From the NCBI GenBank assembly GCA_018303825.1, contig JAGVXK010000021.1:46694-110693 (forward strand): 64,000 nt of DNA. The letters run 5' to 3'. The notes below the pieces were generated by a model that was not told the origin of the DNA, searched no databases, and worked only from the letters and a program-made list of their open reading frames with translations. This document shows positions 8,980-18,649 of this stretch, one piece after another. How positions within the stretch are numbered: the first letter of the stretch is position 1; each line of letters starts with the position of its first letter. Position numbers and translations under genes: made by a program. Origin of the DNA: Candidatus Pacearchaeota archaeon (GTDB lineage Archaea; Nanobdellota; Nanobdellia; Pacearchaeales; GW2011-AR1).

Positions 8980-9801
8980 ATGAATTTACAAGAGTTAGTA
9001 AAAATTTCCCGAATAGAAATTCTTCCCTTTAAGTCTGTTATCCAAAAGTTAAACATCATTCCGGAAAGAACCAGCATTCAAATAGCAACCCACAATTTAT
9101 CAAAAACCCTTGATTTTTTGTCAATGGTTCACGGAAGATTCAACCTCAACTTTATTCCTCATCTTCCAGCGAGATTATTTAACAATGAATACCAATTATT
9201 GCAAACATTAGACTCATTAGCGGAAATGCAGGTTAGAGATATATTTGTCATAGGCGGAGATGAAAAATCTCCAAAAGGTCCATATTCAAATTCATTTAAT
9301 ATATTTGAAAGAATGCACAAACTTGGATACACCTCCTTGTTTAAAGAAATAGGAACAGGAATTTATCCAAGCGGACACCCATTTCTTTCAGATAAAGTAA
9401 CATTTGAGGCATTAAAATTAAAACATCAGTTTGTAACATATCTAGAATGCAACCTTGACTTCAATCCAAGGAATATCTCTAATTATATCTCAAAAATAAG
9501 AAAAGAAGGAATTGACAAGCCAGTTATTGTTTCTGCTCTAGGAGCAGTTGACAAGAAAAATCTTTTTCCATTATTAAAAGAATTCAGCCCAAGAAAGACA
9601 ATTCGTTATCTGGCTCTCCACCCCCTCCTTTTACTGAACCTTACAAGAGGAAGATATACTCCAGATAAATTCTTAGAATCCCTGGATGATAACCTTGCTA
9701 AGGACAATAACGTTGAACAAATCAGAGGACTTATCTTCTCAACCTTCAACAGCTTAGAAAGCCATTACAAGTGGATGCACAAATATTTAAATACAAACTG
9801 A
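8980..9801 (+). CDS. Methylenetetrahydrofolate reductase-like (MetF) flavoprotein
   Basis: IEILP, PHLPARL, IFVIGGD, YPSGHP and a final STFN match the MTHFR barrel pattern; the conserved TQ motif appears as ECN. Confidence 0.7.
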   Translation: MNLQELVKISRIEILPFKSVIQKLNIIPERTSIQIATHNLSKTLDFLSMVHGRFNLNFIPHLPARLFNNEYQLLQTLDSLAEMQVRDIFVIGGDEKSPKGPYSNSFNIFERMHKLGYTSLFKEIGTGIYPSGHPFLSDKVTFEALKLKHQFVTYLECNLDFNPRNISNYISKIRKEGIDKPVIVSALGAVDKKNLFPLLKEFSPRKTIRYLALHPLLLLNLTRGRYTPDKFLESLDDNLAKDNNVEQIRGLIFSTFNSLESHYKWMHKYLNTN

Positions 9802-9814
9802 ACTCATAAGAAAG

Positions 9815-9991
9815 ATGATAAAAAATAATTATGAGATTTTAGAAAAAGAATATGTTGTTCCTATCCTAACTCTAGGCACTGGCGATGAAACAGGACATTT
9901 TAGAATAATTAAGCCAGAGGATGATCTTGAAGGGGAAGCAAGAGAAGCCTTTTTGCATCTTCAAAGAATGTTTCCTCCAAGAGATAAGTAA
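9815..9991 (+). CDS. Small hypothetical protein (58 aa, below ORF-track cutoff)
   Basis: MIKNNYEILEKEYVVPILTLGTGDETGHFRIIKPEDDLEGEAREAFLHLQRMFPPRDK; starts 14 bp after the upstream stop. Confidence 0.45.
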   Translation: MIKNNYEILEKEYVVPILTLGTGDETGHFRIIKPEDDLEGEAREAFLHLQRMFPPRDK

Positions 9992-10017
9992 ACTAATTTC
10001 ATCTTTAAAAACATAAA

Positions 10018-10032
10018 ACATGATCCCGCTGG
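10018..10032. repeat. att-like direct repeat (distal copy of the tRNA-Ile 3' end)
   Basis: ACATGATCCCGCTGG, identical to 18647..18661. Confidence 0.9.
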
Positions 10033-10172
10033 TCAGCCATACATTCTGTCTACTTCGAGTATCAGTCAATTTGATATTTTTTCACTTGTATATTACTTTA
10101 GCATCGCTAGTATTTATATTTTTTGGATATAATTGATACTAGGTCCACACCGACAGCCATCAAAATTGTTTA

Positions 10173-12786
10173 TCAGAAATGTTCCAGTTTGAAAAAATTC
10201 TTCTTTTCGTTTAATTTTTTTAAGATATTAAATATAATAACTATAATAATTGCAGAGACTATTCCAAACAGCCAGCCAGCCACTCCTATTGGAACGGTTC
10301 CAAACGCTTTGTTTAAAGGAGTATAAATGATAGCTATTGTTGCTAGGATAGAGACTATTGAGGCATAAAGTAAGTATTTATTTACTTTTAATGATTCAAA
10401 TGACACTTTGTGCCTAAAAGACATAAAGCTATACGCATTAGCTATTTCTAAACAAATCAATGATAGTAAGGCTGTTGTTCTTGCAAACTCAGTAGTTTGA
10501 TGAAGGACATTAAAACTTACAAAGAAAACAACTAAGGTCAGTATCGCCATAGATATTCCTGCAATTCCTAGCCAAATTATAAGTGATTTGTTCAATATTT
10601 CTTTTTTCTTTCTTGGTTTTTCTTCCATAATATCTAAAGAAGAAGGAGTTAGTGCAAGGGTTATCGCAGGGAGGTCATCTGTAACAAGATTCATGAATAA
10701 TATTTGAAGTGCGAGAAGTAATGGAATCTGCCAACCAAGGAATGGGGCAAGCAACACTCCAAAAAACAATATCATAAGCTCGGCGTAATTGCATGATAAT
10801 TGATAACTAATAAATTTTCTAATGTTCTTGAATATAGTTCTTCCTTCTCTTATTGCCATGACTATAGTTGCAAAATTATCATCTTTTAATGTTAAATCTG
10901 CGACTTCTCTTGAGACATCTGTTCCGTTTTTACCCATTGCCACTCCAATGTGGGCTTCTTTAAGAGCTGGAGCGTCATTAACCCCATCTCCAGTCATTGT
11001 AACAATTTCCCCATTTAATTTTAATGCTTTAACAATCATTAATTTATGTTCGGGTCTTACTCTTGCAAAAACAACTATCTCATTAACTATCTTTGAAAGT
11101 TCAATTTCAGTCATTTTATCCAAATCTTTTCCTTCTATTACTCTACCACGTAATCCTATCTTTTTAGAGATGGCCAAAGCGGTTTCCTTATTATCTCCAG
11201 TAATCATCTTTACACTTATTCCAGCACGTATGCATAAAGATATAGACTCCTTGACTTCCTCTCTTGGAGGATCTTCCATTCCAACTAGACCTAAAAAGAT
11301 TAGGTCCTCTTCAAAATGGTCTTTGTTAAATGAGCTTACTTTTTTATATGCAATTGCCAGTGTTCTTAATGAGTCAGAAGCAAGGTCATTACTTATATTG
11401 AGAATATTTTCTCTTCCTTTTCCAGTCAATGTAAACTCTCCTCCTTCTTTTTGTATCTTTTTACACTTTGTTAATAATATCTCTGGAGCTCCCTTAGAAA
11501 ACACATATTTTTCTTTGTTAAGCTCGCATAAAACAGACATCATCTTCCTTTTAGAGTCAAAAGGCATTTCTTCTATTATTTTAAAGTTTAAATCCTCTCT
11601 GTGTATATTTGCTTTTGCAGCCATTATTAATAAGGATGCTTCTGTAGGAGTTCCGTTTATGTTGTAAAGATTATCTTCTCCAGTCCTTTCTATCCTTGCA
11701 TCATTGCAAATAATTGAGCTTTTTATTAAAAGAGATAAAACATTATCTTTTTGAACATTTATCTGCTTATTACCTATTAAGAAATCTCCTTTTCCTTCAA
11801 AACCTGTCCCAGTTATATTTATTAAATGATTGTCTGCGAAAACTTTGCTTACAGTCATCTCTCCCTTAGTTATTGTTCCCGTTTTATCCGAACATATAAC
11901 TGTTGTTTCTCCAAGAGTCTCAATTATTGACATTCTATTCACAATTGCATTTTTCTGAGCCATGCTATATACTCCTTTAGCAAGGGCAGTAATCAAGACT
12001 ACTGGAAATCCTTCTGGGAAAGCAGAAACGGCTAGTGCAATCATCAATATTAAAGCATCAATAAAGAGATTTTCAGACGGAGGGCTTATGAAAATCATAA
12101 ATAATCCTGTAAGTACGGAAAAGACAATAGCTACGATAGCCATATATTTGGAAATTTTATTAACTTTGTTTTGAAGTGGAAGTTCTTTTTCAGCAGTTGA
12201 AATCATACTTGCAATGCTTCCAAATTTTGTATTCATTTTTTCCATTTACTACAAATGTCCCCATGAAAAGAGTATTTTTTTCAGAATAGTCTTTTTCACT
12301 CTTCGTAGCTATTTTTTCTACTTCCTTTGATTCCCCCGTAAGTATAGACTCATTAACTAAAAGTTCTTTTTCTTCAATAACTATGCAATCAGCAGGAACT
12401 TTTTCACCGTTTCTTAATAAAATAATATCTCCGGGAACTATATTCTTGGAAAGAATTTCTTTTTCTTTTCCATCTCTTATCACAATCGAAATAGGCACAA
12501 GCATATTCTTTAGAGACTTAATTGCTTTTTCGGCTTTGTATTCTTGGATAAATCCTGTAAAAATAAGAACAAGAATAACTGCTAATATGACGTAAGCAGT
12601 TATTGATTTCCCAACAATAAAAGATAATGCTGCCGCAATAATAAGCAGATAAATGATATAATTCTTCTTTATTTGTCTAAACAGTATTTTTATTGGAGAT
12701 ATTACTAAGTTTTCCCTGATCTCGTTCAACCCATATTGTTCAAGTCTTTTCTCTGCTTCTTTTTCAGTTAATCCTCTTTTTTCCAT
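10173..12786 (-). pseudogene. Type IIA-like cation-transporting P-type ATPase, split by a deletion/frameshift near 12235-12245
   Basis: N-part (GLTEKEAEKRLEQYGLNEI, LTGES, ORF 12190..12837) and C-part (PEG, DKTGT, MITGD, GDGVNDAPALK, ORF 10173..12245) are in different frames; about 9 normally conserved codons between VNGK and MNTKFG are missing. Confidence 0.8.
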
Positions 12787-12911
12787 TTCAGCTTTAACAC
12801 AGAGAAGCTTTATATAATTAATCAAAAGATATCGCAAGAATATGTGATAGGTTGGGTATAAGATTGTTTGACCAACTAAAAATTTAAATAACCTAAGAAC
12901 TCAGATAAGTT

Positions 12912-14030
12912 ATGCCTTTCAAAAGAATAATAGAGAGGCTAAAAGATGCTTTAGTTGATGTAGAAAATTTATTTTTGAAAAAAGAAAGTAAAGTGTCCTT
13001 AGTCATTCCAGCGTTTAATGAAGAGAAAACTGTAGCGCGAGTTATTGGTGAAGCAAGAAAAGTCAAGGGACTTTCCGAAATAATCTTAGTTGATGATGGT
13101 TCAGTAGATAAAACGCCCGAAATAGCCGAGAAATTAGAAGTTAATGTAATCAGGCACCACTCAAATCTCGGAAAGGGAGAAGCATTAAGAACGGGAATAT
13201 CTGCCGCTAAAGGAGATATAATCGTCTTTATAGATGCAGATTGGAAGAATGTAACTCCTGAAAAAATTAAATCTCTCTTCTTACCAATATTAAAAAATAA
13301 AGCAGATTTCACAAAAGCATCTTTCTCATTAAAAAGAGGGAGGGTCACTGAGGTGGCTATAAAACCAATAATGAAAATTTTATATCCCTCATCTAAATTT
13401 AAACAACCCATTAGTGGGCAGTTTGCTGGGAAAAAGGATTTTTTAGAAAAGCTGAAGATAGAGCCTAGGTGGGGCATTGATATCTCTATCCTATTGGATG
13501 CCATAGAACATGGGCAAAGAATTTCCGAGGTAGATGTTGGGGAAGTTGTTCATAAGGGCAGGACAATGGAGGAAAAGGCGGAAATGTCTGAGCAAGTATT
13601 GGAAACCATACTGAAAAAATCAGGACTTTTATGCTCAAAGCATAAATTAATAATTTTCTCAGATAAAACCCTATTTCAGTATGATAGACTTTCCGAGACT
13701 TCTTTAAAGATGATAGATATACTGAGGAGAAAAAGATTAAGATTATTTTTATTTACAACTAAAGATGTAAGGCCTGAATATAGGAGCAAATTTGATAAAA
13801 TTATAAAAATAGATTTGAATCCAGAACATATCGCACTTGATGCAAAACAACAAGCAAAAAAGACGAATGTGAGATTAAGTGAGGTTATACTTGTAGCTAA
13901 CATGCAGGGATTTGAGGATTTGGCCCGCTCGGTTGACAAATCTTTTTGTTTCGAAAAATCACCACAAAAATTGAAAAATGAGAGTAAGATAATTAAAACC
14001 CTACCAGAGCTTTTCATATATCTTGAATAA
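12912..14030 (+). CDS. GT-A glycosyltransferase (glucosyl-3-phosphoglycerate synthase-like) fused to a degenerate HAD domain
   Basis: VIPAFNEE, VDDGS, GKGEAL, FIDAD, GRVTE, QPISGQFAG, WGIDISIL (GpgS-like); C-terminal IIFSDKTL lacks the HAD DxD aspartates. Confidence 0.75.
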   Translation: MPFKRIIERLKDALVDVENLFLKKESKVSLVIPAFNEEKTVARVIGEARKVKGLSEIILVDDGSVDKTPEIAEKLEVNVIRHHSNLGKGEALRTGISAAKGDIIVFIDADWKNVTPEKIKSLFLPILKNKADFTKASFSLKRGRVTEVAIKPIMKILYPSSKFKQPISGQFAGKKDFLEKLKIEPRWGIDISILLDAIEHGQRISEVDVGEVVHKGRTMEEKAEMSEQVLETILKKSGLLCSKHKLIIFSDKTLFQYDRLSETSLKMIDILRRKRLRLFLFTTKDVRPEYRSKFDKIIKIDLNPEHIALDAKQQAKKTNVRLSEVILVANMQGFEDLARSVDKSFCFEKSPQKLKNESKIIKTLPELFIYLE

Positions 14031-14032
14031 AA

Positions 14033-15700
14033 ATGAATATACTAATTATAACTTGGTTATTTCCTCCGAGTAATGGGGGAGTAGAATCCTATACATATAA
14101 TTTAGCAAAGAATCTGTCAAAAGAGCACAAGATTACCATACTGACATGCCTGGGACATTATCCTACAGAGAAAAAAGAGAAGTTTAAGATATATAGGATG
14201 AAAGAGATGTATCCTTACGGAAGAAAAAAAGAAGATTATGGAAAGATATATAAAAAAGTTTTAGAGATATTGAAAAAAGAAGATATAGACCTTGTGCACA
14301 GTCATAATTTAGTTTGCTTGGAGACAAGCTTCACAAAGGCAATAGTAAATGCTGTAAAAAGCAAAGATTTACCTTTAGTAGACCATTGCCATGATGCGAG
14401 GTTTAAATATTTAAACAAAGAATTAAAATATGAAAAATTCGATAGAATAATCGCAGTAAGTAAATTTGTAAAAAAGAGACTAATTAACCTCGGTTTTAAT
14501 AAAAATATTCTCGAGGTAATATATAATTCTTCAGATTCTAAAGTTTTTAATTCAGGAAAATATAGTTCTTTGCAGGCAAAAAAGTTCTTTAGAATACCAT
14601 TAAATAAGAAAGTAATCATATTCCCCTCGAGGGCTATCAGGACTACTACAGGAGAATTTGGAGAGCAGAAAAACTTCATTACGCTCTTGAATTCCACAAA
14701 ATTAATTAAGAAAGATTTTGGTGATGACTTTGTTGTTATTTTCCCTGTCAAAGTGGGAATGAAAAGAAAGAATGATGCTATCAAAAAAACACTTTATTCG
14801 TTAAGAGAAAAGTTAAAGAAAGACGGGTTGATTGAGAACGTGATTCCTATAACTAAAAAAGTAGGATACGAAAATATGCCTTTGCTTTACAAAACGGCAA
14901 ACATAATGTGCACCCCCTCGACAGAAGAAGCTTTTGGCTTAGTATTTTTAGAGGCCTCACTTATGCAACTGCCAGTTATAGGTGCAAAAAGTGGTGCAAC
15001 AAAGGAAATAGTCATCAACGGAAAAACTGGTTTTTTGGTTCCTCCAAAAAATAAGAAGAGGCTGGCAAAGATAATCGTTAGATTGCTCAAAAGCAAAGAG
15101 TTTAGGGACAAAATAGGAAAAGCAGGAAGAAAATATGTAAAAGATAAATTCGATTCTAATAAAATGTTAACTGAGGTAGAAAGAACATATAAAAAAGTTT
15201 TGGAGAACAGAAAAGTTATTTATTTAGTAAGACATCCAGAAACAAAAAATAACAGGGAAAACAGGCTAACTGGCTGGGAACATTCCCAATATACCTCCGA
15301 AGGAAATAAGCAATTTGCCAAAATAAGTAATTATTTTAAAGATTATCAAGGACAAATTTTTTCTAGTGATTTAAAAAGAACTAGCAAACTCGCAGTTTCA
15401 ATTGCAAAGAAAAATGGCATAAAACCGATTATTACACCTTTGCTTCGTGAGAGAAATTTCAAAGAAACTTTGCCGCATCATACTTATGAGACCGAGTCCT
15501 CTGTTGCCAAAAGAACTAAGAAATTTTATGATAAATATCATCCACGCAAGGCAATTATATTCACTCACGGCGCTATCCTGAGGCACATAGCGAGACATTA
15601 TCTAATTACTAATAGAAATGAATTTGAAGAGCCAAGAAATGTTATATTCAAGATAGAAACAAATAAAAACGCTGCTAAACTAAAAAAGATAAGGTTATAA
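14033..15700 (+). CDS. GT4 glycosyltransferase fused to a histidine phosphatase (PGM-like) domain
   Basis: GGVESY; PSTEEAFGLVFLEA (EX7E); C-terminal LVRHPET, SSDLKR, LRERNF, FTHGA. Confidence 0.85.
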   Translation: MNILIITWLFPPSNGGVESYTYNLAKNLSKEHKITILTCLGHYPTEKKEKFKIYRMKEMYPYGRKKEDYGKIYKKVLEILKKEDIDLVHSHNLVCLETSFTKAIVNAVKSKDLPLVDHCHDARFKYLNKELKYEKFDRIIAVSKFVKKRLINLGFNKNILEVIYNSSDSKVFNSGKYSSLQAKKFFRIPLNKKVIIFPSRAIRTTTGEFGEQKNFITLLNSTKLIKKDFGDDFVVIFPVKVGMKRKNDAIKKTLYSLREKLKKDGLIENVIPITKKVGYENMPLLYKTANIMCTPSTEEAFGLVFLEASLMQLPVIGAKSGATKEIVINGKTGFLVPPKNKKRLAKIIVRLLKSKEFRDKIGKAGRKYVKDKFDSNKMLTEVERTYKKVLENRKVIYLVRHPETKNNRENRLTGWEHSQYTSEGNKQFAKISNYFKDYQGQIFSSDLKRTSKLAVSIAKKNGIKPIITPLLRERNFKETLPHHTYETESSVAKRTKKFYDKYHPRKAIIFTHGAILRHIARHYLITNRNEFEEPRNVIFKIETNKNAAKLKKIRL

Positions 15701-15705
15701 AAAAG

Positions 15706-16335
15706 ATGAATCCTATAGCAAGTATTTTAGGAGATACAATATTCAATGATTGGTTAAAGGTTGCATTCATTATCATAATTGGAGTACTCCTCGCATTTGG
15801 GCTAAAATTTTTATTTAACAAACTTGCAAAAAAGATTATATATCCCTGGATCAGAAGAACTTCACCAGAGAATTATAAGCAGACGGTTTCGGGCACAATG
15901 TTACTTTCTGCAATAATATATTGGTTTGTCTTAATAATTTTTATTTTAATTGCACTCTCTGTTTTGAACATAGATATTTTAGCACAAATCACTTCAAAGA
16001 TTATCAACTTTGTACCTAAGATTGCGATAGCATTTGGCGTTATCTTAATTGGACTTTTAATTACGAGTGTAATCTCTCGAAAAATAAAAGACCAAAATTT
16101 TAGGACTAGTCTACTGTTGGCAAGGATATTCGAGATAATATTTATCTCAGCTACAATTCTTTCTGCACTAGAAGTTATTAATATTAAATTGACCCCGTTT
16201 GAAGAATTATTCAGAGTCCTTCTTTATACTATTGGATTAACTGTTGCAATCGCTCTAGGCATATCCCTTGGTTTCGCCTTGAAACCAGAGATAGTGAGAA
16301 TGGTAAAAGGCATAAGGCGGAACAGCCATAAATAA
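15706..16335 (+). CDS. Membrane protein with MscS-associated conserved TM-helix repeats (CmpX-like; no channel domain)
   Basis: Five or more TM helices; NFVPKIAIA and ALGISLGFAL motifs. Confidence 0.65.
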   Translation: MNPIASILGDTIFNDWLKVAFIIIIGVLLAFGLKFLFNKLAKKIIYPWIRRTSPENYKQTVSGTMLLSAIIYWFVLIIFILIALSVLNIDILAQITSKIINFVPKIAIAFGVILIGLLITSVISRKIKDQNFRTSLLLARIFEIIFISATILSALEVINIKLTPFEELFRVLLYTIGLTVAIALGISLGFALKPEIVRMVKGIRRNSHK

Positions 16336-16373
16336 ACAGCTCAAAGAGTCTTGAAAATCTTTCCCAGATTTAA

Positions 16374-16559
16374 TTAAACTAATCCCTTTTTGCAATGCTG
16401 ACAAAACTTTCTCCACTTAGAATTAGATTTACCACAATTTGTGCATACTATCTTTGGTATTTTTACCTCGATTTCTTTTTTCATATTTACTTTTTTCATC
16501 ATTTCTTTATATTTTCTTCTGAACTTCACAATTTTTAAACCTTTACCAAAAACAATCAC
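16374..16559 (-). CDS. Small zinc-ribbon protein
   Basis: CTNCGKSNSKWRKFCQHC (CxxC-x10-CxxC). Confidence 0.55.
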   Translation of the reverse strand: MIVFGKGLKIVKFRRKYKEMMKKVNMKKEIEVKIPKIVCTNCGKSNSKWRKFCQHCKKGLV

Positions 16560-16658
16560 TTACTTTTTCCTGAGTTTAATCATTTTTCAAAGCATTATCA
16601 AAAATATTAAAAGTATTTTCTAAAGAAACACTCTATATTTACGGAGGGGTAAAAAGAC

Positions 16659-17216
16659 CTAAAACGGGTAATAATAGCTATGATGGACCTTCTTCTTAGG
16701 AATGATGATCTGTAACTTTTCAGGCTTATTTCTTACATACCACCTTAATTTTTTTAATACGGTCTTTCTAGTATAGGTCTTACCAAACTTCCTGTATTTC
16801 TTTAATAAGTTGCGATTTGTCACAACAAAGAACCAATCTTCTCCGAAATGGTCATTACATATCTTAACTTTGTTCAAAAATTTGACTTTATCCTTCAAAA
16901 CTTTTCCTATTTCTACTTCAATCCCTATTTTCTTGTTTCTAAATTGAAAAATAACATCTGGAAGAGTGGTTTTGAATATCCAAACCTTAAAATGCTTTGA
17001 TAAATATCTAGCAATATCCATTACAAGAAAGAAATGTTGTAATCCTTCATTACGTTCCGGTTTTAATAGGTAATATCCTCTTCTTCCCGTTATACTTTTC
17101 CCATAAAAATACTTATATTCTCTATCTTGTAAATGTTCGAACTGCCAATCACTTTTGATATATCTAACATCGTAAAATCCTTCTCTCCTATTTTTGAATA
17201 ATTTATCTTCTTTCAT
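16659..17216 (-). CDS. PD-(D/E)xK nuclease-fold protein
   Basis: LQHFFLV...LPDVIFQ...IGIEVEIG. Confidence 0.55.
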   Translation of the reverse strand: MKEDKLFKNRREGFYDVRYIKSDWQFEHLQDREYKYFYGKSITGRRGYYLLKPERNEGLQHFFLVMDIARYLSKHFKVWIFKTTLPDVIFQFRNKKIGIEVEIGKVLKDKVKFLNKVKICNDHFGEDWFFVVTNRNLLKKYRKFGKTYTRKTVLKKLRWYVRNKPEKLQIIIPKKKVHHSYYYPF

Positions 17217-17243
17217 AAAAAATCCTGAAGGTTTCTAGCTAGG

Positions 17244-18497
17244 CTAAAGCCTTTCCGCTACGAAACCTTCTTTCGATTTGCTTTGTTTATTAATGATAAA
17301 TGATAGTTCGCTCAAATCTTTACCTATCTGCGTTATTCCATATTTTTTAAGCAATATCTCTAATTGTTCAACTAGCTCATAAATTGTTTTTATCTGTTTT
17401 TTAGTTTCGTTCATTTCATCCTTTAGTAATTCATTTTCTTTTTCTGATTTTGTTAATCTTTTCTCAATTTCTGTTTTAGTAACATCAATTAAAATATCTT
17501 CTTCTGAAATAGTATCCCGCATTCCTAACAATTCAGAATAATAGTGAATTTTATCTGAATCTCTCCAACCAAATCTATATTTTAATGCTGATTCTGATTT
17601 ATATCTAGGCAACCAATAACAGCAAGAGTTATGTCTAAAATCATACATTGTTAAATCAGAGTATTTCTGCCCTGCTTGGCTTTTCTCTTCTCCCAGTAAT
17701 CTTTTAGCTAATCTCTTAAGATACTTGTTAGCAGAAGCAGAATTTATATCAAATAATTGATCATTATCTTTTAGATTCTTCGCTTTCACATATTCTTTTA
17801 TTATAGATGGGCAAAGCAATAGCTTAATTCTTCTTCCAAATGATCCTCCTTTGACTGTTTCTTCTCTTATATTCAATTCTTTGAAGTCATTAAAAAAATC
17901 AGAAAATCTTATATTGACTAACTCAGTAGGAGCCCTTATTCCCGTATCAAACAAAAACCAAATCAATACCTTATAGTCATATCTTGCATTATCTGCTAAT
18001 TTTTTTACTTGCTCTTCTGTTAGATATACCCAATCAGGCTTTTCTTCCTTAGTATCTAGATCTATGGTTATATCTGGGATTTCAATACTTTTCTTTTTGC
18101 TTATTCTTTGATACCAATGCCAAAAAGCCTTGAACATCTTAACAAAGTCACGAACGCATATATATTTCTCTCCATTAGGCTTTGTAAGCTTGCCATTTTC
18201 CATATTAGCAAACAAAAGATGAATTTGTTCTTCATTAATGTCAGTTATCTTATCTATGCTATAAATCTCTTTTATCCTTTTCATAATGGAAATTATCCTA
18301 TCTTTAGAAGAAATTAGGCTAACAAAGCTTCTAGCACCCTTTCTAGTGCCTTTAGTGACGTTTATTCCTATTTCCATATCATTAAGATACCGCCATAAGA
18401 TCTCAATATTGGCTTTGCTAACCCCTTCTATACCTTGTTTGGATTTCTCTCTCCAAGCCAAATACTTCTCTTTGTTGTTGTATGGGTCTATTCTCAT
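17244..18497 (-). CDS. int: Tyrosine recombinase/integrase
   Basis: DTGIRAPTEL (R), TVKGG (K), YDFRHNS (R-H), FGW, IHYYS (catalytic Y); C-terminal coiled coil. Confidence 0.9.
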   Translation of the reverse strand: MRIDPYNNKEKYLAWREKSKQGIEGVSKANIEILWRYLNDMEIGINVTKGTRKGARSFVSLISSKDRIISIMKRIKEIYSIDKITDINEEQIHLLFANMENGKLTKPNGEKYICVRDFVKMFKAFWHWYQRISKKKSIEIPDITIDLDTKEEKPDWVYLTEEQVKKLADNARYDYKVLIWFLFDTGIRAPTELVNIRFSDFFNDFKELNIREETVKGGSFGRRIKLLLCPSIIKEYVKAKNLKDNDQLFDINSASANKYLKRLAKRLLGEEKSQAGQKYSDLTMYDFRHNSCCYWLPRYKSESALKYRFGWRDSDKIHYYSELLGMRDTISEEDILIDVTKTEIEKRLTKSEKENELLKDEMNETKKQIKTIYELVEQLEILLKKYGITQIGKDLSELSFIINKQSKSKEGFVAERL

Positions 18498-18518
18498 TTT
18501 GTCTTATGGTGTTTTTTG

Positions 18519-18539
18519 TATATAAATTCACGAGTGAAT
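18519..18539 (-). promoter_or_regulatory. Integrase TATA box with adjacent palindrome
   Basis: TTTATATA on minus strand at 18526-18519, 22 nt before the ATG; ATTCAC-GA-GTGAAT palindrome at 18526-18539. Confidence 0.55.
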
Positions 18540-18544
18540 AAAAA

Positions 18545-18598
18545 TGTACATTTAAATGTACATTTTTTTGTACAAATAATTGTACAAAATTTTGTACA
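18545..18598. repeat. Array of five TGTACA palindromes at exact 12-bp period
   Basis: TGTACA starts at 18545, 18557, 18569, 18581 and 18593, with A/T-only 6-bp spacers. Confidence 0.95.
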
Positions 18599-18649
18599 AT
18601 TTTAAGCCAATATCAACAACTGAACCTCAATTTGGACAAGAAGTATACA

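Noticed and set aside
12225-12250. Programmed ribosomal frameshift at the A6 run in the P-type ATPase
   Set aside because: Conserved residues are missing at the junction, so slippage would not restore a full protein
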